This document shows, in pieces, positions 9,953 to 20,488 of a stretch of DNA of 64,000 nucleotides. The DNA is from Acetobacteraceae bacterium (GTDB lineage Bacteria > Pseudomonadota > Alphaproteobacteria > Acetobacterales > Acetobacteraceae), in assembly GCA_965246835.1 (NCBI GenBank), contig CBDFFQ010000001.1:2558451-2622450 (forward strand). The letters run 5' to 3'. The notes beneath the pieces are model-generated. The model did not search any database. It saw nothing but the letters and a program-made list of their open reading frames with translations, and was not told the DNA's origin. Within the stretch, counting starts at the first letter, position 1. Each line of letters opens with the position of its first letter. The position numbers were made by a program, and so were the translations under genes.

Positions 9953-11534
9953 CGTGATAGCCACGGATAGTTTCGAGACCGACTTCTCCGTCGGCCCACA
10001 GGCAATCGCCAACTACAGTCGCCTGAGCTACACGATGTGGCACGCGCTGGCGGAATTCATCGACAACTCCACCCAGTCCCGCCTAAACTACGGCTCCATC
10101 ATAGATGATGTCCTGAACCAGGAGGGTACGCCCCTGGTGGTGGATATCACCCACAATCGCGTCGCCAAAACGATCACAATCTCCGACAACTCGATTGGCA
10201 TGACCAAGGACGACTTGGTTGACGCATTGAAGATTGCAATGCCGACGAAAGACAGCCGCGGTAGGTCGAAGTACGGGATGGGCATGAAGACAGCTGCCTG
10301 CTGGATAGGAGCTGTCTGGGAAATAAGCACGGTCGAGTGGCTGAGCGGAACTCGCTACTCAGCCGTCATCGACGTCGATTCTGTGAGCAAAGGCGGCAGG
10401 ATAACTATTCTGAGTAGCCCGGTCGGAGAAAACGAACACGGCACTTCGATAACCATCTCAAAGCTTCATCGGAATGTTCAGAAACGAACAGAGGGGACAA
10501 TTCGCGACTATCTTGGCTCGATGTATCGCTTTGACCTTGCGCGTGGCGCGACAAAGCTTCTCTATAACGGTACCGAAATAAAGCCCATCGATGAGTATGA
10601 CGTGGACACGGACCCCGCTGGGAACTTAATGCGGATGGACCTCCCAGGTCTGACCATCAACGGTAAAGCCGTGACGGGATGGGTAGCCATCCTGAAGAAG
10701 GGCGGCAGGAAATTCGGTGGGTTTTCGCTGTTTCAGAATGAACGCCAGATTCAGGGCTTTCCGAACGCCTGGAAGCCAAAGGTCATATTCGGCGGGGAAG
10801 ACGACGAAGGGGCCAACAATCTTGTGGCTCAGAGACTGACCGGAGTGCTCAATCTGGACGGGTTCGAGGTGTCACACACCAAGGATGCCATACTCTTTCA
10901 GGGGGATGAGGAAGAGGAGCTGGAGACGTTCCTCAAAGGTTTCACGAAGGACTATCGCGACTACGCAAAGAATAGACGGGGCCCTAAGAAGACCACCTGG
11001 ACGCGGGAGAAAGTGCGCGACCTGATGGTCGACCTGAAAAAGGAGTTTAGCAGTCCGGAATTCAAAGATACCGTAACGAACTCGGTTCTTCCGCCTATCG
11101 AGGTTATTCTGGCCGGCAACCAGAAGCAGCTCGAAAGCATCGAGCCAGCCGACCATATTGGCACGTTCGACATTCCGCCGGACCTGAAGGTGGTTGTCTC
11201 CTTCCTGGAGAAGAGTGTCTACGAGCCCTACGTGACGCTCGTCGCGGGTGCGAACCCTGGCACGATCCATGTCATTATAAACGGATTGCACCCCTATTAC
11301 TCATCGCTGGAAACCGGCGAGGCGATCCACGAGTGCATGAAGCAGTTTGTTTATGATGCGATAGCCGAATACCGAGTACGCAAGCTGTCCAGCAAGATAA
11401 GCTGGGAAAGCGTGCGGCTATTGAAAGATGACCTTCTGAAGGCGAAACTCGTTCAGATTGAGAACCGGGCGGCAGCAGAGCAGGACGGGGACGAGGTCGA
11501 TACCGGCAAGGTTGATCCAGACACGGACGAGTAA
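9945..11534 (+). CDS. GHKL-superfamily (MORC/HSP90-like) ATPase
   Basis: N-box AEFIDNS, G1 ISDNSIGM, G2 YGMGMKTAACW. Start set at ATG 9945 (MNDVIATD), which overlaps the MTase stop. Confidence 0.75.
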   Translation: MNDVIATDSFETDFSVGPQAIANYSRLSYTMWHALAEFIDNSTQSRLNYGSIIDDVLNQEGTPLVVDITHNRVAKTITISDNSIGMTKDDLVDALKIAMPTKDSRGRSKYGMGMKTAACWIGAVWEISTVEWLSGTRYSAVIDVDSVSKGGRITILSSPVGENEHGTSITISKLHRNVQKRTEGTIRDYLGSMYRFDLARGATKLLYNGTEIKPIDEYDVDTDPAGNLMRMDLPGLTINGKAVTGWVAILKKGGRKFGGFSLFQNERQIQGFPNAWKPKVIFGGEDDEGANNLVAQRLTGVLNLDGFEVSHTKDAILFQGDEEEELETFLKGFTKDYRDYAKNRRGPKKTTWTREKVRDLMVDLKKEFSSPEFKDTVTNSVLPPIEVILAGNQKQLESIEPADHIGTFDIPPDLKVVVSFLEKSVYEPYVTLVAGANPGTIHVIINGLHPYYSSLETGEAIHECMKQFVYDAIAEYRVRKLSSKISWESVRLLKDDLLKAKLVQIENRAAAEQDGDEVDTGKVDPDTDE

Positions 11535-12688
11535 TGTCACCGCTGGCACTTCGAGCGTGGCAAGAGCAGGCGTTGCCTCGATGGCGTGCACAAGGTCATC
11601 GGGGAATTGTCGAGGTGGTCACCGGGGGCGGAAAGACTGTCTTTGCGCTTGCGTGCATTGCCGACCTTAAGGCGGAAACGGTGCTCATCGTCGTTCCGAC
11701 CGTCGCTCTCCTGGAGCAGTGGTGGGCGGAGGCAGCCTCGTTCTTCGGTCTGGATCTGGATGAGATAAACATCATCTCCGGCAACCGTTCGGTCGTGAGC
11801 GGCACCATCAACATCGCCGTTCTAAATACGGCGGCGAAGCTCGCAGGCAGACGCGGTATCAAGGACTGCTTCCTTATCGTAGACGAGTGCCACAAGGCGG
11901 CGACCCCGCAGTTCAGAGCCGTTCTCGAAATTCCGAAATTTGCGGCACTGGGCCTGTCGGCTACCCCGGAGCGCCAGTATGATGACGGTCTGGCGCAAAT
12001 TCTAATTCCGGCGCTCGGCCCGGTCATTTACCAATACAGCTACCGCGAAGCCATTCTGGACGGCGTGATCGTCCGCTTCGAGCTTAGGAACATCGTCTTC
12101 GAACTGGAGGCTGACCGAGCAGCGGAATACGAGAAGCTGTCCAAATCCATTGCCCGGTCGGTTGATCGATTCGGGATTGAGTCCGAGCAGGCAATTGCCC
12201 TCCTGCTCCGACGGACAAGGCTGGTAAACCTCAGCCTGGAACGCATTCGTATCACTATCAGGCTCATAAACCGGCACAAGGGTGCGCGCATCCTCGTTTT
12301 CCACGAGGACATCGAAGCGTGCGATCTGATCCTGCAATTCCTCAGGGAGGCGGAGTTCCGGGCGGGGGCCTACCACTCCAGACTTCCGGCCCGGCAACGT
12401 GTCGAGTCACTTGCGGCCTTCCGCCGGGGTGACCTCGACATCCTGATTACGTGTCGTGCGCTTGACGAGGGTTTCAATGTTCCTGAAGCGCAGGTGGGCA
12501 TCATCGCGGCCAGTACGGCAACGCGCCGTCAGCGCATTCAGCGACTGGGCCGCGTCCTCCGACCTGCGGCAGGTAAGAGCGAAGCGGTTGTGTATACCTT
12601 GGTTGCCACGGGACCCGAGGTAGGCAGGCTGAAGGAAGAGGAAGATGGATTGGCGGACCTGGCGACAGTCACCTGGGTCCATGCATGA
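11534..12688 (+). CDS. SF2 DEAD/DEAH-box helicase (type III restriction res-like)
   Basis: Walker A TGGGKT, DECHK, SATP, QRLGRVLR. TAATG overlap with the upstream gene. Confidence 0.8.
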   Translation: MSPLALRAWQEQALPRWRAQGHRGIVEVVTGGGKTVFALACIADLKAETVLIVVPTVALLEQWWAEAASFFGLDLDEINIISGNRSVVSGTINIAVLNTAAKLAGRRGIKDCFLIVDECHKAATPQFRAVLEIPKFAALGLSATPERQYDDGLAQILIPALGPVIYQYSYREAILDGVIVRFELRNIVFELEADRAAEYEKLSKSIARSVDRFGIESEQAIALLLRRTRLVNLSLERIRITIRLINRHKGARILVFHEDIEACDLILQFLREAEFRAGAYHSRLPARQRVESLAAFRRGDLDILITCRALDEGFNVPEAQVGIIAASTATRRQRIQRLGRVLRPAAGKSEAVVYTLVATGPEVGRLKEEEDGLADLATVTWVHA

Positions 12689-13458
12689 AAAAGATGTTTG
12701 TCGGCAACTGTTCGCCGGAGACGCTCTTCGAAATGACGGACCCCGACAGCGTGTCGGAGACAGCCTTTGAGGCGTGGGTCGTCCGGGCACTGGCCTGCGC
12801 GTTCCCGAGCTACCGCTGCGTTATCTTCACGGGCTCGTTTCAATACGAAGGCCGTACATTCCGGCCGGACCTGGCCTTGCTGTCGCGTGACCTGTCTCAC
12901 TGGTTCATCATTGAGGTCGAGCTGACGACGCACTCGCTTTACCAGCACGTTCTGCCCCAGGTGCGCGCATTCAGATACGGCGAGCCACAAGCTGATTGCG
13001 CGCCCGGTCTGGCTACGGCGCTGGGTCTGCCGCTTGGGCAGGCGGAGACGCTGGTCCGGCGCATCCCGTATGGCATTGCAGTTGTAGCTAATCGAGATAA
13101 TCGAGACTGGTGGGTAGCGCTCAACGCGCACGAGATACAGATGCTCACCGTTTCAGCGTATACGTGCCCAAAGGGGATTGAGGCTTTGGAGGTTGATGGC
13201 TCCCTGGAAGTCGTGAAGGACAGTCTGGGGTTCGGGATTTATTCCGCAGCGGTTCGGTCACTTCGGTTCAGCCCGCTGCTCAGGGTTGTCGGACCGCGCG
13301 TTTTGATACGGGACTATTTCGGAGGCCTGTCCTGGTGGCTCGTTCATCGTGACGTAGATGCAACCTGGCTGACCAAGGAGCTCGGGACACCTGACATCGA
13401 CGATAGCAAACACGTGCAGCTTGTGGCGACCCGCGACGGCGGATTATCCCTAAGATGA
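12685..13458 (+). CDS. hypothetical protein, possible PD-(D/E)xK-fold nuclease
   Basis: ATGA overlap with the helicase. FRPDLALLSRDLSHWFIIEVELTTH resembles a restriction-endonuclease-like core, but the lysine is not obvious. Confidence 0.5.
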   Translation: MKKMFVGNCSPETLFEMTDPDSVSETAFEAWVVRALACAFPSYRCVIFTGSFQYEGRTFRPDLALLSRDLSHWFIIEVELTTHSLYQHVLPQVRAFRYGEPQADCAPGLATALGLPLGQAETLVRRIPYGIAVVANRDNRDWWVALNAHEIQMLTVSAYTCPKGIEALEVDGSLEVVKDSLGFGIYSAAVRSLRFSPLLRVVGPRVLIRDYFGGLSWWLVHRDVDATWLTKELGTPDIDDSKHVQLVATRDGGLSLR

Positions 13459-13981
13459 CCGGGGCGGCAGGCTGGGTAACGCGTCTGAAACCATCGTCAA
13501 ATTCCGGCCGGGGGCACGCTCAGTTTAGAACACCACTGAGGCTGCCAATGGGTCAGGGCGGTCTAGAGGAGGCACCGCTCCGACTCAATGACGAACAGCA
13601 CGACTATTTGGGACCGCTGCTAAGCCGCCTTCAATCCTTGGTCACGGGAGACGTACTGGGCATCCGGGAACTCGGCACGGAGTGCGGCGACGACCGCTGC
13701 ATCGGCCCCCCACAGGACGAGAGCTGACCCTTTGCCGGATCCAGAATTCCGCCCTTGCCCAGAGCCGTCAATAAATTTCACCCGACGCTTCAGCAGCAGC
13801 ACGTCAGCGACACCGTAAACACTTGCTGACCACCACCGGGTATCAAAGCTTCCGGGGACAAGCCCCACGACCAGCGAGGCCTCACCAGTATCGACCGCTC
13901 GGGCGCAACGTTCGACGCAGGCGACGATTTCGCGTCCGTACGGGGGATTCGCGTACACAACACCCTCCCACCGCGCCACTA

Positions 13982-15033
13982 GAGCGGTTTCCATTCATTC
14001 TGGCTCATACCCGGCGGCAGTGAAGTAGCTGGCGCAGTCCTGCGCGGTAAAGCAGGGAAGCGCGTTGCGGATCACGTCCCATAGGTCGTCGATCGTGCGT
14101 GCTGCTGCCTTGCGCAGGTAGGCTTTGAGCTTGGAGAAGGCATTCTCGATTGGGTTGAAGTCGGGGGAGTAGGGCGGCAGGTAGCGTAGCGTGGCCCCAA
14201 CTGCCTCGATCGCCCGCCGCACGTCTGCGCCTTTATGCGCGGGCAGATTATCCATGATGACGGTGTCGCCTCGGTGGAGCGTGGGCACCAGCACCTGCTC
14301 GATGTAGGCCTGGAAGGCGATGCGGTTCATCGGGCCGTCGAGGACCATGGGCGCGGTCATGCCGCTGACCCGAAGCGCGCCGGTGAAGGTGGTCGTCTTC
14401 CAGTGACCATGCGGCACGGCGGCGCGGCAGCGCTCGCCTTTGCGGGCGCGGCCGCGGATCCGGGCCATCTTGGTCGATGCGCCGGTCTCGTCGATGAAGA
14501 CCAGGCGCTTGGGGTCGAGGTCAGGCTGGCCTGCGAACCAGGCTCGCCGTCGGGCTGCGACGTCGGGCCGCTCCTGCTCGGCTGCGTGCGCTGTTTTTTT
14601 TGAAGGTGAGGCCGTGGCGGTCGAGGCAGCGCCAGATGGTGCTGGGGCCGAACGAGGCGCCGTGGTGGTCGCGCAGCAGGTCCGACAGCTCAGCCAAGCT
14701 GATGTCCTTCTGGGCCGCGACCGCTGTCAGGATCACGCCGCTGAAGGCCTCGATCCGACGCGAGCGGGTGTCGCCGCCCTGCGGCTTGGGCGCGACGGAC
14801 CCGGTCGTATTGACTGCCTGCACCCACCGGACGGCGCTCGCAGCTGAAACACCAAACCGCTCCGCCGCAGCGCGCCGAGACATGCCGTCTGCAACCGCCG
14901 CAACAAGCCGGGACCGTAGATCGACGGAAAGAATCTTCCCCATGCACGCTGGCCTCCTAACCAGCCTGCATGGTGAATCACATCACGCCCGCGTCGGGGA
15001 ATCCCTTTGATTCAGACCGGACGAGAACCGCTC
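13982..15033 (-). mobile_element. IS630-family insertion sequence, copy 1 (1052 bp)
   Basis: Terminal inverted repeats GAGCGGTT(C/T)C. Flanked by TA/TA within CTAG. All six-frame ORFs are identical to copies 2 and 3. Confidence 0.9.
13995..14943 (-). CDS. IS630-family DDE transposase (two frames joined at a T8/A8 run)
   Basis: orfA is an HTH part (14521..14943). orfB is the DDE part ([28 protein letters not shown]). The A8 run lies at 14594..14601. Confidence 0.85.
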
Positions 15034-15553
15034 TAGTGCATCCTCCTCGCGGGTGATGTAGCGGATTGCGGGCACAGGGCTTCGCTCCATCCCCGGCGAG
15101 AACGCATCTACATCGAACTGCTCGCGGCCCAGGGCCTTGAGAATACGGGCGAGCAATGGCTTGGGCGTGTACCATTCGACATGGGTACTGGGTCCGCGCC
15201 CGAAAAAGGGTTTCACCTCATCTTCGCCGGTCACTGCAAGCCGTTCGAAGGCACGATGTGTGTCCTGGGACGCACCGACATCATTGGCAGCCGTCGGCCG
15301 CTGCTTTCCGCGCTTCGAGACATGCCGCCGCAGCGGCTGCTCTCCCCGTCGCGCAAGGCAACCATCCAACTGACGAAGAACCCACTCATGGAGTGGCGCG
15401 CCGTCATTGGCTGCATGCCGGTGAAGGCGGTCCAGGTCCTCGCGATAGAGATAAAGCGAAGTGGCCGAGGTCTCGCGCTTGATGCCGGTCCGGGTATCAT
15501 CCTTTTCGTCGCGGCGGTTTCGCGTCGGCGGGGTTGTCACCGCCGCTTTCGTC

Positions 15554-15569
15554 TCCGTCCCGGGACGGA
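15554..15569. repeat. motif A copy 2 (perfect 16-bp palindrome)
   Basis: TCCGTCCCGGGACGGA, inside the MTase CDS. Confidence 0.8.
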
Positions 15570-15822
15570 CGACCGCGACCTCTCGCGCGGCTTTCACCAG
15601 CGGAGCCAGGACGTGCTTGCCCAGCCACGCGACGACCGGAATGGACAGGCCGTCACCGATGCACTTCACAGCCGACGACAGGGCATCCGGAAGGACGAAA
15701 TCATCCGGCAGACCCGACAACCGCGCCAACTCCCGACCGGAGAAATCTCGGATGCGGACACCGGTCGGGTCGGCACGAAGCACCAGCTGGCGCGCACGCC
15801 CCGCGGTGAAACACCGGGCAAT

Positions 15823-15840
15823 CCCATCGGTGTAGATGGG
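15823..15840. repeat. motif B copy 6
   Basis: CCCATCGGTGTAGATGGG, inside the MTase CDS. Confidence 0.65.
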
Positions 15841-16847
15841 AAGTGCAGGAGTGCATCCTTCACGCCGGTCGGTACGCTGGGCGGCAATGATGCCGAGCAC
15901 GGAGCTATCGGCCCGCATGCGCTCCACATCAGCCACGTCGGCTGCTCGGCAACCGGCAAGGATGCGCTCCACACGGTCCGGCTTGAACCAGGCGTGACCA
16001 TCGTCATCGTCCAGCAATTCTGCCAGAGACGGCACCGGAGCGTCCGGTTGCGGCATCGTCAGCCACAACCATTCCCGTCGCGCAGCCAGAGGAAGGCGGG
16101 CGACGGCCTGCACGAGTGGCGCGGGGTGCCATGCGGGGTCCGGCTTCTTCAGCAGCATGTTCGAAGGGACGACCACATCGCGCCGGATGGCTACGATGAA
16201 CAGGCGCTTACGCAGAACCGGACGGAACCGGTCGGCATCGATGACCACAGCGCCGACCCGGTAGCCGAGGTTCAGAAAGGTCTGAACAAGGGCCGCAAAG
16301 TCTCGGCTCTCAGCATGAGAGGCGAACCGGGTCACATTCTCGCAGCAGACTACCGGTGGCATCGTGCCGAGCAGACTGTGTTCACCCAGGATTCGGGACA
16401 CATCGAACACGAGGCTGGCCCGCATACCCTTGAGGCCTGCGCCGTCTCCGAGCGCTGAGTGGTTCACACAGGGAAAGCTGACCCAGAACAGGTCAGCGAC
16501 AGTCATTCCGACAGCGCGGACTTCTTTGATGCTCCGTTCATCGAAAGGGACATCGGGATGATTCTGCCGGAAAACGGCAGCTTTGAGCGGGCTGTTGTCG
16601 TTGGCGAGAGCAGTCTTGAAAGCGGGGGCGAGAGCAATGCCTGCGCCGCCGATACCGGCGAAAAACTCAATGAGAGTGTAGGTTTCCTGCTGATTGTCGT
16701 CCATTTTGAAATTCCGAACACGCGCGCACGTTCGGACCGGCTGACCGGCGTAGGGTCAGGGGTCCCGTCGGGGGCGGGCCGCGCGCCGGATGGCACGGGC
16801 CGGAGCGCGTTATCATTTCGAAACAGTCGGTTCGGAGGTTCATCGCT

Positions 16848-17414
16848 TTAAGTCCAGTCGGGCGTTGTGAGGTCCACACGGAACAGGCCGTCGGCAATCT
16901 CGCCTTCGACGACGTTGATGATCATGGTTCGGCGCGCGTGCTGAATGACGTTGTTGCGGTCATCGTCGTTGGACCAGTCCATGCTCCGGGGAGTCCACAT
17001 CAGCGGCCGGCGAACAAGGCGCTGCTTCACGAGAAGCGCCGGGCCGCAGATGAGCATCGGCTCGGCGTTACCCGTGACAGGGTTCAGCGTCAGCGACTGC
17101 TGGAGTCCGTCGATGTGGCCGGTTTCGTTTACAACCAAGCGATAGGGCCATTTCGGGCGGGCGGAGTTGCCGGCCACATGCCATCCACCAACGAGCGAAC
17201 GGCAGATGACGGCAGTGGCGGCCGCCATACCGGCATTCGAAAGCGGCCTTCCGTCAAGGAACAGGCGAGTGTGCTGCCAGGCCGTATCCGGTCGTTTAAT
17301 CAACAGGTGGAAACCCGGTCCGTGAGACACGGGCACCGGCTCGCTGACATCGAGCAGTTCCGGCCGGTCGAGGACGCGTCCGTAGACCGGGTGTTCAGGA
17401 TCGAAGTACTTCAT
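16848..17414 (-). CDS. hypothetical protein
   Basis: 188-aa ORF with coding-like composition. Same strand as the MTase and just upstream of it. No motif recognised. Confidence 0.55.
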   Translation of the reverse strand: MKYFDPEHPVYGRVLDRPELLDVSEPVPVSHGPGFHLLIKRPDTAWQHTRLFLDGRPLSNAGMAAATAVICRSLVGGWHVAGNSARPKWPYRLVVNETGHIDGLQQSLTLNPVTGNAEPMLICGPALLVKQRLVRRPLMWTPRSMDWSNDDDRNNVIQHARRTMIINVVEGEIADGLFRVDLTTPDWT

Positions 17415-17801
17415 GTTTGTGGTTCCTCATTTCGGAACCCACACGATGAACAGTCAGACACCCTTACCGCGGAGTGCGGAAAGGCAAACTGGCCGACGCA
17501 TGGGAAAGAGACCCGCCGCGTGCGCGGAAGGTCAGCACGTGACCGCCCCTTCGGATGGTCAGACGGCTATGAGGGAGGTGCCCGAGATGCCTGCGACGCA
17601 AACCGAAAACAGCATCGCCACGCCACCCTTTACTCGGGTAGACGCGGCTGATACTGTGCTGTTGCGGCGGGAGTTGCTTGGCATGGGGGCGCTCTACTGA
17701 CAGCCAGTCACTCGTTTGTCAATATACTTATTTTTCGGCCAGTAGCTTGACCAAGCTATGGTATGCTGTTCGGTAGTTCGCCACCAAAGCTTGTACGAAC
17801 G

Positions 17802-18356
17802 TCAGGTCTGCGGCAGAACGCCCATCCTCACCAGAGCCGCCCCTGCCACTGCGCGTTGCATCTCCGTCGGCCGTTCCGGCGGCAGCAACTCCGACATCGG
17901 CCCGCCAAGGCTTGCCGTTCCCTCCTCTCCGGGCAGACCGAGCGCACGCAAGCCGGTCGGCTGCCCATCTTTGCCACGCAGGATTTCTCTTACGGACGAA
18001 AGGCTGACCACCTCATTGTCGACCCTGCCTTGGACGACAACAGCGACAGCTTCGACGCGGCGCTCTGATTCTGAAGGAGCGACACCGGGTGTCGGCTGGC
18101 CGACTACCATCCAGACTTCCGAAAAGTGACTCGCGAGGACGGCATCCTCGGCGATGGCGAGAAGCCGTACGGCCGTCATGGACGCGGCTTTCATGTCGGC
18201 GCTGCTGAAGTCCGGGACGACCGGAATCAGGGTGCCGTCGGCGGTGGTCAGGGCGACGAAAGGCGCGAGAGAGCCGTCACGAAGCAGGACGGCCTCGGAG
18301 TGCTGAGCATCGTGGTCAAGGCGGGCGTGCAGGTCGGTAAGGGTGAGGTCGGCCAT
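17802..18356 (-). CDS. hypothetical protein
   Basis: 184-aa ORF. A motif A copy lies 47 nt upstream of its start. No motif recognised. Confidence 0.55.
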   Translation of the reverse strand: MADLTLTDLHARLDHDAQHSEAVLLRDGSLAPFVALTTADGTLIPVVPDFSSADMKAASMTAVRLLAIAEDAVLASHFSEVWMVVGQPTPGVAPSESERRVEAVAVVVQGRVDNEVVSLSSVREILRGKDGQPTGLRALGLPGEEGTASLGGPMSELLPPERPTEMQRAVAGAALVRMGVLPQT

Positions 18357-18399
18357 ACCAAGGTGGTCGCACGGGGGGCCGGGATTGTCAGCTATGCTG

Positions 18400-18415
18400 T
18401 CCGTCCCGGGACGAG
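18400..18415. repeat. motif A copy 3
   Basis: tccGTCCCGGGACgag, intergenic. Confidence 0.8.
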
Positions 18416-18838
18416 GGGCGAATGGTTAATGCACAAAACCCAAGGCCCACTGGTAGGTTTCTTCGATGCGGGCCGCGATCTCTGCCTCAGTCAACTCGTG
18501 AAGCCCGTCCGCAAGTTCATCGCAATCGTTTAAGTATATGAAGGCCGCGACTTCAGCCGGCTCAAACCGGGTCGCCAACTCAATGAATCTTCGAGCCGTG
18601 TCATTCTCAAAATTTGGCACCTCATGGCCGTCCTCGTCTTCATCGGGATAGTAAGTTTCGCCGTCCTCTTCGATTCCGTCCCGACTCAGGCGGAGCAAGT
18701 CAGATGCTTTTGACAGGGATACCCTCCCGTCAAGCGCTACAAGCATAGTCAGAAGCTCGAAATCCGATTCGGCCATCGGGTCAGGGATCCCGACTTCCAA
18801 AGCAATGCATTCTCCCAGAGCCGTTTGATAACGAACTA

Positions 18839-19890
18839 GAGCGGTTCTCGTCCGGTCTGAATCAAAGGGATTCCCCGACGCGGGCGTGATGTGATTCACC
18901 ATGCAGGCTGGTTAGGAGGCCAGCGTGCATGGGGAAGATTCTTTCCGTCGATCTACGGTCCCGGCTTGTTGCGGCGGTTGCAGACGGCATGTCTCGGCGC
19001 GCTGCGGCGGAGCGGTTTGGTGTTTCAGCTGCGAGCGCCGTCCGGTGGGTGCAGGCAGTCAATACGACCGGGTCCGTCGCGCCCAAGCCGCAGGGCGGCG
19101 ACACCCGCTCGCGTCGGATCGAGGCCTTCAGCGGCGTGATCCTGACAGCGGTCGCGGCCCAGAAGGACATCAGCTTGGCTGAGCTGTCGGACCTGCTGCG
19201 CGACCACCACGGCGCCTCGTTCGGCCCCAGCACCATCTGGCGCTGCCTCGACCGCCACGGCCTCACCTTCAAAAAAAACAGCGCACGCAGCCGAGCAGGA
19301 GCGGCCCGACGTCGCAGCCCGACGGCGAGCCTGGTTCGCAGGCCAGCCTGACCTCGACCCCAAGCGCCTGGTCTTCATCGACGAGACCGGCGCATCGACC
19401 AAGATGGCCCGGATCCGCGGCCGCGCCCGCAAAGGCGAGCGCTGCCGCGCCGCCGTGCCGCATGGTCACTGGAAGACGACCACCTTCACCGGCGCGCTTC
19501 GGGTCAGCGGCATGACCGCGCCCATGGTCCTCGACGGCCCGATGAACCGCATCGCCTTCCAGGCCTACATCGAGCAGGTGCTGGTGCCCACGCTCCACCG
19601 AGGCGACACCGTCATCATGGATAATCTGCCCGCGCATAAAGGCGCAGACGTGCGGCGGGCGATCGAGGCAGTTGGGGCCACGCTACGCTACCTGCCGCCC
19701 TACTCCCCCGACTTCAACCCAATCGAGAATGCCTTCTCCAAGCTCAAAGCCTACCTGCGCAAGGCAGCAGCACGCACGATCGACGACCTATGGGACGTGA
19801 TCCGCAACGCGCTTCCCTGCTTTACCGCGCAGGACTGCGCCAGCTACTTCACTGCCGCCGGGTATGAGCCAGAATGAATGGAAACCGCTC
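18839..19890 (+). mobile_element. IS630-family insertion sequence, copy 2
   Basis: Same ends and the same ORFs as copies 1 and 3. TA duplication in CTAG. Confidence 0.9.
18929..19877 (+). CDS. IS630-family DDE transposase (frames joined at A8 19271..19278)
   Basis: Identical to the copy 1 protein parts. Confidence 0.85.
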
Positions 19891-20488
19891 TAGACATGAA
19901 ATCATAATGGATGCGCGCTTGTCCGAAATGGTCGGTATTCCAGCCGTTTTGACATTCAGCCTGGAGTGCTGGCCCCCCCAAATTTGAAACGGTTTCGGAT
20001 TGGCAGTCGAGTTCACAACTGGAGCCGGCCGGTTCTCTGACGACGCGGATGCGTTGGGATCTGCCGCAGCCTTCAATGGCCAGAGATAGCTCAGGAACTG
20101 CCTCATGAGTGACGCTCTATCAAAGGATCCCACTGCTGGCACAGACCTAAATCGCTGTCACTCTTTCCACGGTCGCCGTCCCCTGATGCACGCCAGCACC
20201 TCTGCCGAAAGGACTTCCTTCTGAAGGCAAACAGCTTACACCGGGATTGCTGGCCGAGCACACTGTCGGAAGGTGGTGTTGGAATAGGCCGCATGAGTTA
20301 TGCCGTTCACACGCGGACGTCCGCGTCCGATCCAAGGTTTATCGTCCTGCCTCATTGATTTGCTAAAAAATACGTTGGCGGCAGCCCAACTGTCAGTCGC
20401 CCAGCACTCTCAGCAAGATCTACCAGTACGCCAGACCTCGAAAAATTGAGACATCGGATCACCTATTGCCCCTGGCCGAGAAATCGGC

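Larger units (their letters stand above)
13620..16704 (-). pseudogene. fused C5-cytosine + N6-adenine (Dam/NPPY) DNA methyltransferase, split by IS630 copy 1
   Basis: N-terminal motifs FAGIGG, FPCVNHS, ENV. C-terminal HVEWYTPKP ... (IS) ... VARWEGVVYANPPYG. Removing 13982..15035 restores one in-frame 676-aa ORF (..EEDAL|VARWEG..). Confidence 0.8.
18426..20142 (-). pseudogene. hypothetical acidic protein (about 220 aa when repaired) split by IS630 copy 2
   Basis: The upstream part 19891..20142 ends ..RASIMISCL. The downstream part 18426..18836 begins VRYQTALGECIALEV. The two parts are in frame once the IS and one TA are removed. Confidence 0.6.

Noticed and set aside
13455-13727. 90-aa plus-strand ORF overlapping the 3' end of the minus-strand MTase fragment.
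   Set aside because: It overlaps a well-supported NPPY methyltransferase domain on the other strand, and it has no motifs.
17700-17801. Possible promoter (TTGACA-like hexamer on the minus strand) between 17802 and 17414.
   Set aside because: No acceptable -10 at proper spacing could be found by eye.
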